Assembly: GCA_050485425.1 (NCBI GenBank)
Contig: JBJHBJ010000008.1
Location: 30,432-54,431 of the forward strand
Length of the DNA: 24,000 nucleotides
DNA from: Ectothiorhodospiraceae bacterium
GTDB lineage: Bacteria > Pseudomonadota > Gammaproteobacteria > Nitrococcales > Aquisalimonadaceae
Reading direction: 5' to 3'
The notes below the pieces were generated by a model that had not been told where the DNA came from, searched no databases, and saw only the letters and a list, made by a program, of their open reading frames with translations. Within the stretch, counting starts at the first letter, position 1, and each line of letters opens with the position of its first letter. The position numbers and the translations under genes are program-made. This document shows positions 7,896 to 15,904 of the stretch, piece by piece.

Positions 7896-8276
7896 ATGGA
7901 CAAAGAAAGCCAGCGCAACGCTGTCGATTCCCTGCGCGAATGGAGCAAATGGCTGATCGGCATCGACTTCGCCGCGGCGACCGGCTGCGTGGTGATCCTG
8001 CAGGGAGGCCCGGAGGGGGCCCCGCGTTTTTTCCTGATCGTGGCCATCGGCGCTTTCGCGCTGTCCGTGCTCTGCGCGGTGCTGCTGGTCCGGGTGCTGG
8101 CGGCCGTGGTCGAGCGGCTGCCACTGACAGGTGACGACGGCAAACCGATCAGCATTTCCGAATACCGCCTGCGTTCGGGCGTTACCATCGAACAGCTCGC
8201 CGGCATCCAGTTCCTGCTTCTGGTACTGGGTGCGCTGTTCTTTCTGGCCTGGGTAGTCCTGAGGCCGCCGCTGTGA
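7896..8276 (+). CDS. hypothetical small membrane protein (about 3 TM segments)
   Basis: A 126-aa ORF with GC3-rich codon usage and hydrophobic segments (WLIGIDFAAATGCVVIL, FFLIVAIGAFALSVLCAVLLV, FLLLVLGALFFLAWVVL). The RBS is weak and I recognise no family. Confidence 0.5.
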   Translation: MDKESQRNAVDSLREWSKWLIGIDFAAATGCVVILQGGPEGAPRFFLIVAIGAFALSVLCAVLLVRVLAAVVERLPLTGDDGKPISISEYRLRSGVTIEQLAGIQFLLLVLGALFFLAWVVLRPPL

Positions 8277-8326
8277 GAGGTCGGGCGAACCCGGGCCTCG
8301 TCGCCAGCGGCGACCTCGCCGGGGCA

Positions 8327-9214
8327 TCAGGCCGCCCGGTACATCCTCCCCAGCTCCTGCGCAAAGTCCTCGAACCGATACGCCGTCGTGTTCTGCGCTG
8401 TCCGCCCTGCTGCGGGCCGGATGGTGCCCTTGCTGAAGCCCTGCGTCATTTCGTGGTACAGGCGGGCGAAGCTCTGAGACAGGCCGGCCTCCACCATCGC
8501 CTGCTCCAGCTCGGCGTACGGTAGCTGGACGTAGGCGAGATCCGGCTTGCCGATGCACGCGCCCAGAATGCGGGCTGCCTCGCGATAGCTGAGATCCCGC
8601 GGTCCCAGCAACTCACGGATGACCTCGCCCTGCCAGTCGCGCCGGGCCAGCGCCTCGGTCGCGGCCGCGGCGATATCCCGGGTACCGACCATGGGGATGG
8701 CCAGATCCGCTTCCACGCAATCGGCCAGCACGCCGTGATGGCGGATGGTTTCCAGCGCTTCGAGGAAATTCTCGAAGAACGAGGCCGGTCGGAGCAGGCA
8801 CAGGTTCACGCCCGGAATCCGGCGCAGCCGCTGCTCCTGGGCATGCAGGCCGAGAATGACCCCGGTGCCGTCATCCAGATCGGCGCCGATGCTGCTGAGC
8901 GCCACCACGCAAGGCACGCCGCTGGCGCGAATGGCTTGCGCGATAGCCTCGCCTTCCTGCATCTGCCTGGCACGGTAATCCGGCGCTCGCGGATCCGTGG
9001 GCAACAGCGTATAGACCGCATCGGCGCCCCGAAATGCCTCGGTAAGGAAGGCCGCGTCCGCCGCATCCCCCACCCGGATATCAGCCCCAAGCCCGGTCAG
9101 CGCCTGCAGCCGGTCTTCCGACCGGCCCAGTGCCCGCACCTGCTCGCCGCGCCGGAGCAAGGCGCTGGCGATCTTCGATCCGGTGTTCCCCGTCGCTCCC
9201 ATGATGGTAATCAT
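8327..9214 (-). CDS. NmrA-family / SDR-like NAD(P)-binding protein
   Basis: I trimmed the start to ATG 9214, which has GGAGG upstream. The N-terminus MITIMGATGNTGSKIA is the Rossmann GxxGxxG motif typical of NmrA/atypical SDRs. Confidence 0.8.
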   Translation of the reverse strand: MITIMGATGNTGSKIASALLRRGEQVRALGRSEDRLQALTGLGADIRVGDAADAAFLTEAFRGADAVYTLLPTDPRAPDYRARQMQEGEAIAQAIRASGVPCVVALSSIGADLDDGTGVILGLHAQEQRLRRIPGVNLCLLRPASFFENFLEALETIRHHGVLADCVEADLAIPMVGTRDIAAAATEALARRDWQGEVIRELLGPRDLSYREAARILGACIGKPDLAYVQLPYAELEQAMVEAGLSQSFARLYHEMTQGFSKGTIRPAAGRTAQNTTAYRFEDFAQELGRMYRAA

Positions 9215-9283
9215 GTGTACCTCCAGATGTGACTTGCGATGTGAAGCAGAGCATCCAGAATGGAGGAACACATCAGGACTATC

Positions 9284-9320
9284 CATGCCTGTTAATCTTC
9301 ATATCATGCTCATTAATCCA
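9284..9320. promoter_or_regulatory. candidate AraC-type operator: two direct-repeat half sites 21 bp apart in the NmrA/AraC divergent region
   Basis: CATGCCTGTTAATCTT (9284-9299) and CATGCTCATTAATCCA (9305-9320) share 11 of 16 positions, including the CATGC and TTAATC cores. Their phase is exactly 21 bp. They sit in a visibly AT-enriched intergenic region. Confidence 0.3.
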
Positions 9321-9363
9321 TAATCGTTGGACGTTCGGGTAGATCTGCAGGCATACTCCTTTC

Positions 9364-10347
9364 ATGGAAGACCTCTGGACGCATCAAGACCCCCTGGGTG
9401 ATGCCCTGCACCTGCTGCGTATGAGCGGAACCTTCTACAGCCGCTCGGAATTCACCGCGCCCTGGGGCGTGGAGATGCCACCCTTGCCCGACTGCCTGAT
9501 GTTTCACGTCATCACCGAGGGCCAATGCTGGCTTGAAACAGCAAGTGCGGAACCGAAACTGCTTCAGCCCGGACACCTGGCGCTGATGCCCCACGGACAG
9601 GGTCATCGCATGCTCAGCGAACCCGGCGCATCGGCCGCCGCCCTGTTCGACCTGCCCCGGGACCAGCTCAGCGATTGTTACGAGGTGCTGCGGCACGGTG
9701 GAGGTGGCGCCGCAACCACGGTGATCTGCGGCGCCGTGCGTTTCGATCACCCGGCGGCACGGCAGTTGGTGCGGCTCCTGCCCGAGATGATCTGCGTCGA
9801 TGCCTGGGAGTCGCCGCAGATGGAATGGGTCCAGAGCACTCTGCGGCTGATGGCGATTGAAGCCAGGGAGCCCCGTCCCGGTGGGGATACCGTGATTACC
9901 CGGCTCTCCGACATCCTGGTGATCCAGGCCATCCGTTCCTGGATTGCCCACGACCCGGCGGCGCGCACGGGCTGGCTGGGCGCGCTGCAGGACAAGAAGA
10001 TCGGACGCGCGCTCGCCCGCATACACCGCGACCCGACCCACCCCTGGTCGCTGACCTCACTGGCCGCCGAAGCCGCACTCTCCCGCTCGGCCTTCGCCGC
10101 CCGTTTCACCGAACTGGTGGGCGAACCGGCCATGCAGTACGTCACCCGCTGGCGCATGCAGCTTGCCCTGTCCTGGCTGCAGGAAGAGCGCACCCCCCTG
10201 GCAGAGCTCGCCCTGCGCCTGGGCTACCAGTCCGAGGCCGCGTTCAGCCGCGCGTTCAAGCGCTTCAACGGCATGTCCCCAGGGGAAGCACGACGCAGGC
10301 CCCGCGCGGGCGCAGCTTTCTTTCCAGACACCCTGGCAGAAGGCTGA
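9364..10347 (+). CDS. AraC family transcriptional regulator (N-terminal cupin-like sensor plus C-terminal double HTH)
   Basis: A 327-aa protein. The N-terminus DPLGDALHLLRMSGTFYSRSEFTAPWGV is typical of the AraC cupin_6 type. The C-terminus has the AraC signature LGYQSEAAFSRAFKRFNGMSPGEAR. Confidence 0.9.
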   Translation: MEDLWTHQDPLGDALHLLRMSGTFYSRSEFTAPWGVEMPPLPDCLMFHVITEGQCWLETASAEPKLLQPGHLALMPHGQGHRMLSEPGASAAALFDLPRDQLSDCYEVLRHGGGGAATTVICGAVRFDHPAARQLVRLLPEMICVDAWESPQMEWVQSTLRLMAIEAREPRPGGDTVITRLSDILVIQAIRSWIAHDPAARTGWLGALQDKKIGRALARIHRDPTHPWSLTSLAAEAALSRSAFAARFTELVGEPAMQYVTRWRMQLALSWLQEERTPLAELALRLGYQSEAAFSRAFKRFNGMSPGEARRRPRAGAAFFPDTLAEG

Positions 10348-10388
10348 CCTCCAGCATACGGAACGGGGAATGCGCAGACTGATGACTG

Positions 10389-11396
10389 TCATCCCCTGGC
10401 GCCCCGGGGTCCGGCCGCCCGCGCCGGCTTTCCGAACACGATGAACAGCAGCCCGACGATCATCAGGCCCACGGCTCCCAGCGCGACCACCGAGTAGTTC
10501 TCACCCAGCAGCAGGGCACCGCCGACCATTCCGGCCACCAGCGTGATCTGGCCGATCAGGCTGAAAATGACCGGCGTTGCCCGCTTCTGCAGCGCGAAAT
10601 AGGCCAGGAACTGCACCGCTGCAATCACCATCTGGGCGAAGACCAGCGCGCTGACGCCTTCGATGGCCCAGAACGCCAGTTCCGCACCGAACAGCATGGC
10701 CGGCAGCAGGAACATTACGGCGGCAGCCAGTAGCATGCCGGCGGCAAGCTCGATCGGACGGGCATCCTGCGGCCAGGCGACGCGCCGGTAGATGTTGCCG
10801 CCGGCAATGACCACGGGAGCGGCCAGTACCAGCAGCATCCAGGGTGCCGCGCCCGGCGGCAGCGCACCGGCCGACGGCATCACCAGAATGGTGGCCCCCA
10901 CCGCGCCCAGCACCGCACCCACGAGCCGCATGTGGGAGTGGGCTTCCATGCGGAACAGCCGCGCCATCGCCCAGGTTGCCAGTGTTGGCAGTGCGAAGGC
11001 GACGGCCGCCATGCCCGCGCCGATGCGTCCCACGGCGATGAAGACCAGCAACTGGGGAACGGCGATGGAGAGCAATCCCGATATCAGCCAGTAGTTCAGC
11101 TGGCCCGCCACCGGCCGCGGCGGGCGCCGCACCAGCGCGCCGGCGGCCAGCAGCAGGCCTCCGCCCAGGGTCATCCAGAAGCCGTAGGCGATGGGGGAAA
11201 GGCCCATTGCCTGGGCTTCTTTGGACAGGGCCAGCGTGGCGGCCAGCAACAGCCCGTTCACCAGCAGCAGGACGGCGATCATCACCGCCCGGCTCCGGCC
11301 GCCGCGCCCTGTCGTGTCGCCGGCAGTCGCGGTTTGCACCTCACGTTCCGGTGCGGCCGGAACGGCGTCCCTTCGTTCTGCACCCAGCGCAATCAT
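10389..11396 (-). CDS. DMT superfamily (EamA-like) transporter
   Basis: About 10 hydrophobic segments, with two EamA-like halves. I chose the start at ATG 11396 because GGGAGGG lies 8 nt upstream. The track start at 11426 is a GTG without an RBS, and the exact start remains uncertain. Confidence 0.8.
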   Translation of the reverse strand: MIALGAERRDAVPAAPEREVQTATAGDTTGRGGRSRAVMIAVLLLVNGLLLAATLALSKEAQAMGLSPIAYGFWMTLGGGLLLAAGALVRRPPRPVAGQLNYWLISGLLSIAVPQLLVFIAVGRIGAGMAAVAFALPTLATWAMARLFRMEAHSHMRLVGAVLGAVGATILVMPSAGALPPGAAPWMLLVLAAPVVIAGGNIYRRVAWPQDARPIELAAGMLLAAAVMFLLPAMLFGAELAFWAIEGVSALVFAQMVIAAVQFLAYFALQKRATPVIFSLIGQITLVAGMVGGALLLGENYSVVALGAVGLMIVGLLFIVFGKPARAAGPRGARG

Positions 11397-11443
11397 TGTG
11401 ATGCCCTCCCGTATCTCCCTGCGCACCGCGGAAAAGCTCGCCG

Positions 11444-12076
11444 TCAGGCACTCGCGCGGTTCAACTGCCGCCCCCGTGCCATCGCCATGGCAACCTCGGC
11501 TACATGGCGCCCCTGAAACCTGGCACCCTCCAGTTCATTCGCGCTCGGCTGGCGGTCGTCGCCGTTGTGATCATTTGCCAGCGTGGAAGCGCCGTAGGGG
11601 GAACCGCCGGTAATCTCGTCCATGCGCAACTGGCCCTTGAACGTGTACGGCAGCCCGACCACCACCATGCCCAGGTGCAGCATCACGACATGGGTGGAGA
11701 GAATGGTGGACTCATGCCCGCCGTGCTGGCTGCCGTTGGACGTGAACACGCCACCGACCTTGCCCACCATGCGGTCGTGGAACCACAGGCCGCCCGCCTG
11801 ATCCAGGAAGTTTTTCATCTGCGCCGCCATGTTCCCGAAACGGGTGGGCGTGCCGATGATGATGGCGTCGTAATCGGGCAGCTCCTCCACCGTGGCGATA
11901 GGAGCCTGCTGATCCAGCTTGTAACCCGATTTTTCCGCGATGGAATCGGGTACCAGCTCGGGCACCTGCTTGACGACCGCGCTCGCACCGGCTTCCCGGG
12001 CACCGGCGGCGACTGCCGAGGCCATGGCCTCTATGTGGCCGTAAGACGAATAGTAGAGAACGAGGACTTTGCTCAT
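11444..12076 (-). CDS. wrbA: NAD(P)H:quinone oxidoreductase, type IV (flavodoxin-like WrbA)
   Basis: The N-terminus [19 protein letters not shown] and the [18 protein letters not shown] motif are canonical WrbA. The gene lies 47 nt upstream of the DMT gene on the same strand. Confidence 0.9.
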   Translation of the reverse strand: MSKVLVLYYSSYGHIEAMASAVAAGAREAGASAVVKQVPELVPDSIAEKSGYKLDQQAPIATVEELPDYDAIIIGTPTRFGNMAAQMKNFLDQAGGLWFHDRMVGKVGGVFTSNGSQHGGHESTILSTHVVMLHLGMVVVGLPYTFKGQLRMDEITGGSPYGASTLANDHNGDDRQPSANELEGARFQGRHVAEVAMAMARGRQLNRASA

Positions 12077-12200
12077 GCCGTTTTCCCTCTGGTCTTAAGA
12101 AAACTCTGATTAATGGTTGCCTGACGGGGAAAACGATACTATTTACTTCTAATCGGATAATCGGGTATCAAGTAGCAATACTGTCAACTTAGAGTAAATA
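12077..12200. promoter_or_regulatory. AT-rich divergent promoter/operator region between wrbA and the LysR regulator
   Basis: This is the most AT-rich stretch of the window. It contains a tandem TAATCGG repeat (12150-12156 and 12158-12164) nested inside the inverted pair GATAC (12135-12139) and GTATC (12165-12169). The divergent LysR-plus-target arrangement is classical. Confidence 0.4.
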
Positions 12201-13091
12201 ATGGACCGGTTTACCGCTCTGCGGGTTTTCAAGCGGGTGGTCGAGCTGAACGGGTTCACCGCCGCCGCCCGCGACCTCGGCCTATCGAACGCGGCAGTCA
12301 GCAAGAACGTGAACGAACTCGAGGCACACCTGGGTGCCCGGCTGCTGACCCGCACCACCCGGCGCATGAGCCTGACGGAAGCCGGCGAAGCCTACTACCA
12401 CCGTTGCGTGCGCATTCTGGAAGATCTGGAAGAGGCGGATACCGTCGTTACCAGCATGGCCGCGGCGCCGCGCGGCGTGCTCCGCGTCACCGCCCCGATG
12501 TCGCTGGGCCTGGTCAGGCTCTCCGGCGTCATTCCCCGCTTCCTGGCCCGTTATCCCGAGGTGAAGATCGACCTGAACCTGGACGACCGCGTGGTCGATC
12601 TCATCGACGGCGGCTACGACATCGCGCTGGGAACCCGTTCGACGCTGCAGGACTCCAGCCTGGTCTCCCGCCGCCTCGGCCCCCTCCCCCGCGTGGTCTG
12701 CGCTACGCCGGACTACCTGGAGCACCACGGCGTCCCGGAGACCCCGCAGGATCTCGCCCATCACCGCTGCCTGCTGTTCAGCCTGATGCATTCACCGCGG
12801 GAGTGGTCGTTCGAGCGGCAGGGAACCAGGGAAACCGTACACGTGGATGGCCCGTACAGCGTCAACAGCTCCCTGACCATCCGCGAAGCGCTGCTCCAGA
12901 GCGTGGGCATCACGCTGATTCCGAGAGCCTACGTCGAAGACGCACTTGCCAACGGCACACTGGTCACGGTACTGGACGACTGGCAGCCATCGGAACAATC
13001 CGTGTACGCCATCTTTCCCTCGGCACGTTATCTGTCGCCCAAGGTGCGGGCATTCATCGATTTCCTGGTCGAGCGCTTCTCCGAAGAATGA
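12201..13091 (+). CDS. LysR family transcriptional regulator
   Basis: A 296-aa protein. The N-terminal wHTH MDRFTALRVFKRVVELNGFTAAARDLGLSNAAVSKNVNELEAHLGARLLTRTTR is typical, and a LysR substrate-binding domain follows. Confidence 0.9.
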   Translation: MDRFTALRVFKRVVELNGFTAAARDLGLSNAAVSKNVNELEAHLGARLLTRTTRRMSLTEAGEAYYHRCVRILEDLEEADTVVTSMAAAPRGVLRVTAPMSLGLVRLSGVIPRFLARYPEVKIDLNLDDRVVDLIDGGYDIALGTRSTLQDSSLVSRRLGPLPRVVCATPDYLEHHGVPETPQDLAHHRCLLFSLMHSPREWSFERQGTRETVHVDGPYSVNSSLTIREALLQSVGITLIPRAYVEDALANGTLVTVLDDWQPSEQSVYAIFPSARYLSPKVRAFIDFLVERFSEE

Positions 13092-13155
13092 CGGCGTCGT
13101 GAAATCTGGCGTAAGCTGCCGTGAGCATGCCAGCGCGATCTTGAGGAGGCCCGTC

Positions 13156-13704
13156 ATGGGGACGCATTTCTCTGTCTTCGATACGGCAATGGGCCGTTGC
13201 GGCATCGTCTGGCAGGAGCGGCAGATCCGGGGGACCTACCTGCCGGAACGGAACGAGTCCGCGCTGCGCGACCGCATCCGGGAGGAACACCCGGGCGTCG
13301 AGGAAAGCGCGCCATCCGCGACGATCCGGTCCATCGTCGACGCCATCGTGCGCCTGATGGACGGCGAGGCGGTCGATCTGTCCGGCGCCGGGCTGGATAT
13401 GGCCGGTATCTCCACCTTTCACCGCCGGGTCTACGAACTGGCGCGCACCATCCCTCCCGGCCAGACCCTGACCTACGGCGACATCGCCAGGCTGCTGGAT
13501 GCCCCCGGTTCGGCCCGCGCCGTGGGCCAGGCGCTGGGCCGAAACCCGTTCCCCATCATCGTCCCCTGCCACCGCGTGCTGGCGGCCGGAGGCCGGTCCG
13601 GCGGCTTTTCCGCCGAGGGCGGCGTGAGGACCAAGCTGCGCATGCTCGCCATTGAGCAGGGAGCGTGGGTTCCCGGGCTTGCCGGCGATACAGCCAGGCC
13701 ATGA
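13156..13704 (+). CDS. ogt: methylated-DNA--protein-cysteine S-methyltransferase (Ogt/MGMT family)
   Basis: I trimmed the start to ATG 13156, with GAGGAGG at 13143-13149. The active-site motif is IIVPCHRVL (PCHR). Confidence 0.85.
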   Translation: MGTHFSVFDTAMGRCGIVWQERQIRGTYLPERNESALRDRIREEHPGVEESAPSATIRSIVDAIVRLMDGEAVDLSGAGLDMAGISTFHRRVYELARTIPPGQTLTYGDIARLLDAPGSARAVGQALGRNPFPIIVPCHRVLAAGGRSGGFSAEGGVRTKLRMLAIEQGAWVPGLAGDTARP

Positions 13705-14366
13705 AGAGCATCGCGGCGCCACACCACCCCTACGAATTCGACGTACCCGCCGCACTGGAGCACCTGCGTGCCAGGGATCCGGTACTGGCCGGGGTGATGG
13801 ACCGGGTCGGCCCGTTCGCGCTACGGATCAGCGATACACCCACGCCCTTTGGGATGTTGTCGCAGGCGCTGGTCTACCAGCAGCTTTCCATCAAGGCTGC
13901 CGGCACCATCTTCGGGCGTTTCCGTGCGCTGTTCGGGCCTGATGTCCGCTGGCCGACACCCCGCCAGGTACTCGGCGTGGACCTTGAGACCCTGCGCGGT
14001 GCCGGCCTGTCCATGGCCAAGGCCAGAGCGGTCACGGATCTGGCCGAAAAAACCGAGCAGGGCATCATTCCTCCGTTGAAATCGCTCCGGGAAATGCGCG
14101 ACGAAGAGGTGATCCGGTGTCTGGTGCAGGTGCGCGGCATCGGTCGGTGGACGGCCGAGATGTTCCTGATTTTCGCGCTCGGCCGGCCGAACGTGCTGCC
14201 GATGGACGACCTGGGCATGCGCAGGAGCTTCCAGTTGGCCTATGGGCTGAAGCAGCTTCCGGAGCAGCGGCGCCTTGAAAGGCAGGCCAAGCGCTGGAGG
14301 CCCTATTGCACCGTGGCAACCTGGTACCTTTGGGAGGCGCTGGAGGTTACCCCCGACAAGGGTTGA
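13701..14366 (+). CDS. DNA-3-methyladenine glycosylase II family protein (HhH-GPD, AlkA-like, short form)
   Basis: I trimmed the start to ATG 13701, which forms an ATGA overlap with the ogt stop. The HhH motif is VRGIGRWTAEMFLIFALGRPNVLPMDDLGMRR, with the catalytic Asp region. Confidence 0.85.
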   Translation: MKSIAAPHHPYEFDVPAALEHLRARDPVLAGVMDRVGPFALRISDTPTPFGMLSQALVYQQLSIKAAGTIFGRFRALFGPDVRWPTPRQVLGVDLETLRGAGLSMAKARAVTDLAEKTEQGIIPPLKSLREMRDEEVIRCLVQVRGIGRWTAEMFLIFALGRPNVLPMDDLGMRRSFQLAYGLKQLPEQRRLERQAKRWRPYCTVATWYLWEALEVTPDKG

Positions 14367-14418
14367 TCGGGCTGCGCCGGAAAACCCGGGAAAGTCTCCG
14401 GCCGCCCGCCGGATCGAT

Positions 14419-14698
14419 GGCAATCGCCTGCGGCGATTACCTCCCTACGCCGGTTCCGCTCAAGCGTAGGGTGCTCAGAGCCGGAGGCGATGCGCACCGA
14501 TCACGCCCATGGTGCGCATCGCTGCGCTCTGAGCACCCTACGATCTGCCCGTGTCCGGGCTGTCAGCAGGCGTAGGGTGTGCACCACAACGTGGTGCGCA
14601 CCATTCCCAGGCTCGGGTCGGTGCGCAGGCCTTGCGGCCTGTACACCCTACGCGGGTCCTCATCGATGGTATCCGGTGGATGCCGCCGCGCTCCATCC
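14419..14698. repeat. composite REP-like structured repeat, copy 2 (longer version)
   Basis: The element opens with a 10-bp hairpin at 14419-14441. A CCCTACGC-N13-GCGTAGGG hairpin follows at 14443-14471. Unit A is a complete 76-nt hairpin at 14466-14541, with 16-bp outer and 12-bp inner stems. Unit B lies at 14572-14664. By hand alignment, unit A matches copy 1 at 43 of 44 positions and unit B at 84 of 93. A degenerate GGTGGAT...CTCCATCC motif lies at 14675-14698. Confidence 0.85.
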
Positions 14699-14789
14699 CT
14701 GGCAAGCAGCGCACGGGTGAAATGTGTCGACGAATGGGCCTATAGTGACAGCTACACACAGGAACCCAACCGGCACAAGGAGTCTGCCC

Positions 14790-15218
14790 ATGTTTCCCTG
14801 GATGCTGTTCCCCTGGTTGAGCCTGCCTGCGGCATCGGGCCTGTACCGCTGGCCATTGAGCGGCGATGTCTCTCAGGACATCACACCACTGACCAATCTC
14901 TTCTCGCCGCAACTGTCCATGCACTTTGCCGGCAACCAGGAGATCGAGCGCGAGGTGGTCTCCCAGGTCGCCAGCTACGGCAAGCAGCTGGGCATGCTGA
15001 CCGAAGCCGTGCTGGCCGTGGCCGGTGACAGCAAGGACCCCGCCGTGGAACGGCTGCGCGAGACGCGGGACGCCGTGGAAGACATCAAGGCGCGCCATCA
15101 GACGCAGGCGGCGAAAGCCGCCGAACAGGCCATGGAACGGCTTCGCCGGACCGACGAAGCGGCGTTCCGGAACCTGCTCCGCCAGTTTTCGGACACTACA
15201 CCGCCAGATAACGGCTGA
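14790..15218 (+). CDS. hypothetical protein (142 aa), hydrophobic/aromatic N-terminus and helical charged C-terminal half
   Basis: ATG 14790 is preceded by AAGGAG at 14777-14782. The codons are GC3-rich. The sequence reads MFPWMLFPWLSL...PLSGDVSQDITP...VASYGKQLG, followed by an Ala/Glu/Arg-rich helix. I recognise no family. The 3' end overlaps urtE convergently. Confidence 0.5.
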   Translation: MFPWMLFPWLSLPAASGLYRWPLSGDVSQDITPLTNLFSPQLSMHFAGNQEIEREVVSQVASYGKQLGMLTEAVLAVAGDSKDPAVERLRETRDAVEDIKARHQTQAAKAAEQAMERLRRTDEAAFRNLLRQFSDTTPPDNG

Positions 15219-15888
15219 TCTCGTCCGCATCGCAGTCGGCGCTGGCGACTTCGTGAACCAGGCGGCCGGACTCCAGCACCAGCAGCCGGTCGGCGATCTC
15301 CATCGTGAAGCTCAGCACCTGTTCAGACACCAGGATGGTGATCTCGCGCATCCGGCGGATTTCGTTCAGCGTCTGGGCGATCTCCTTGATAATGGACGGC
15401 TGGATTCCCTCGGTGGGCTCGTCCAGCAACAGCACCTTGGGCTCCGAGACCAGCGCCCGGGCAATGGCCAGTTGCTGCTGCTGACCACCGGAGAGATTGC
15501 CGCCCTTGCGATGACGCATTTCTCGCAGCACCGGGAACAGAGAGAATATCTCCTGTGGCACCGTCTTGCGGTTACGGGCGGTTTCCAGCCCGGCCTGGAT
15601 GTTTTCCAGCACCGTCAGGTTCGGGAAAATCATCCTCCCCTGGGGAACGTAGGCCATGCCCGCCGCGACGCGGGCATGGCTGGGCAGTCCGCCCAGTTCA
15701 CGCCCATCGAGCGTCACGCTACCGCCAGAACCCTTCAGGATGCCGATCAGCGTCTTGAACAACGTGGTCTTGCCCATGCCGTTCCGACCCATCACCGCCA
15801 CCGTCTCGTTGCGCGAGGCAACGAGATCCAGGCCATGTATCACCTCGCTCTGGCCATAACTCGCCGTTAATCCGCTGACTTCCAGCAT
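15196..15888 (-). CDS. urtE: urea ABC transporter ATP-binding subunit UrtE
   Basis: A 230-aa protein with Walker A GRNGMGKTT, the signature LSGGQQQ and Walker B LLLDEP. It is the last gene of a urtABCDE-ordered cluster. Confidence 0.9.
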   Translation of the reverse strand: MLEVSGLTASYGQSEVIHGLDLVASRNETVAVMGRNGMGKTTLFKTLIGILKGSGGSVTLDGRELGGLPSHARVAAGMAYVPQGRMIFPNLTVLENIQAGLETARNRKTVPQEIFSLFPVLREMRHRKGGNLSGGQQQQLAIARALVSEPKVLLLDEPTEGIQPSIIKEIAQTLNEIRRMREITILVSEQVLSFTMEIADRLLVLESGRLVHEVASADCDADEISRYLAV

Positions 15889-15904
15889 GGTGGCTTCCCC
15901 ATGG

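Noticed and set aside
7612-7956. ORFs beginning MRTDHA... at 7612-7956 and 14490-14720, and MHHNVVRT... at 7641-7862 and 14579-15028, which look like conserved paralogous small proteins
   Set aside because: Their similarity comes entirely from reading through repeat units A and B. The similarity ends where the repeats end. The sequence is dominated by hairpin stems, and no RBS is present.
8277-8317. A bidirectional terminator between the convergent genes 7896-8276 and NmrA
   Set aside because: GC-rich complementary segments exist (GAGGTCG...CGACCTC and GTCGCC-AGC-GGCGAC). Neither strand has a U-tract and the possible pairings compete, so support is insufficient to call a terminator.
11397-11426. 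A longer DMT transporter start (GTG at 11426) as given in the ORF track
   Set aside because: That GTG has no RBS. ATG 11396 has GGGAGGG at optimal spacing. The extra 10 residues are charged and not part of the EamA fold.
7536-14698. The idea that the two repeat copies delimit a 6.5-kb mobile genomic island carrying detoxification and repair genes
   Set aside because: There is no integrase, transposase, tRNA or flanking direct duplication. I see no compositional shift by eye, apart from short AT-rich promoters. The repeats look like ordinary intergenic REP-type elements. Comparative genomics would be needed to revive this idea.
7536-14698. A CRISPR array
   Set aside because: There are only two copies, about 6.9 kb apart. 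They are long and internally palindromic, with no regular repeat-spacer periodicity and no cas genes.
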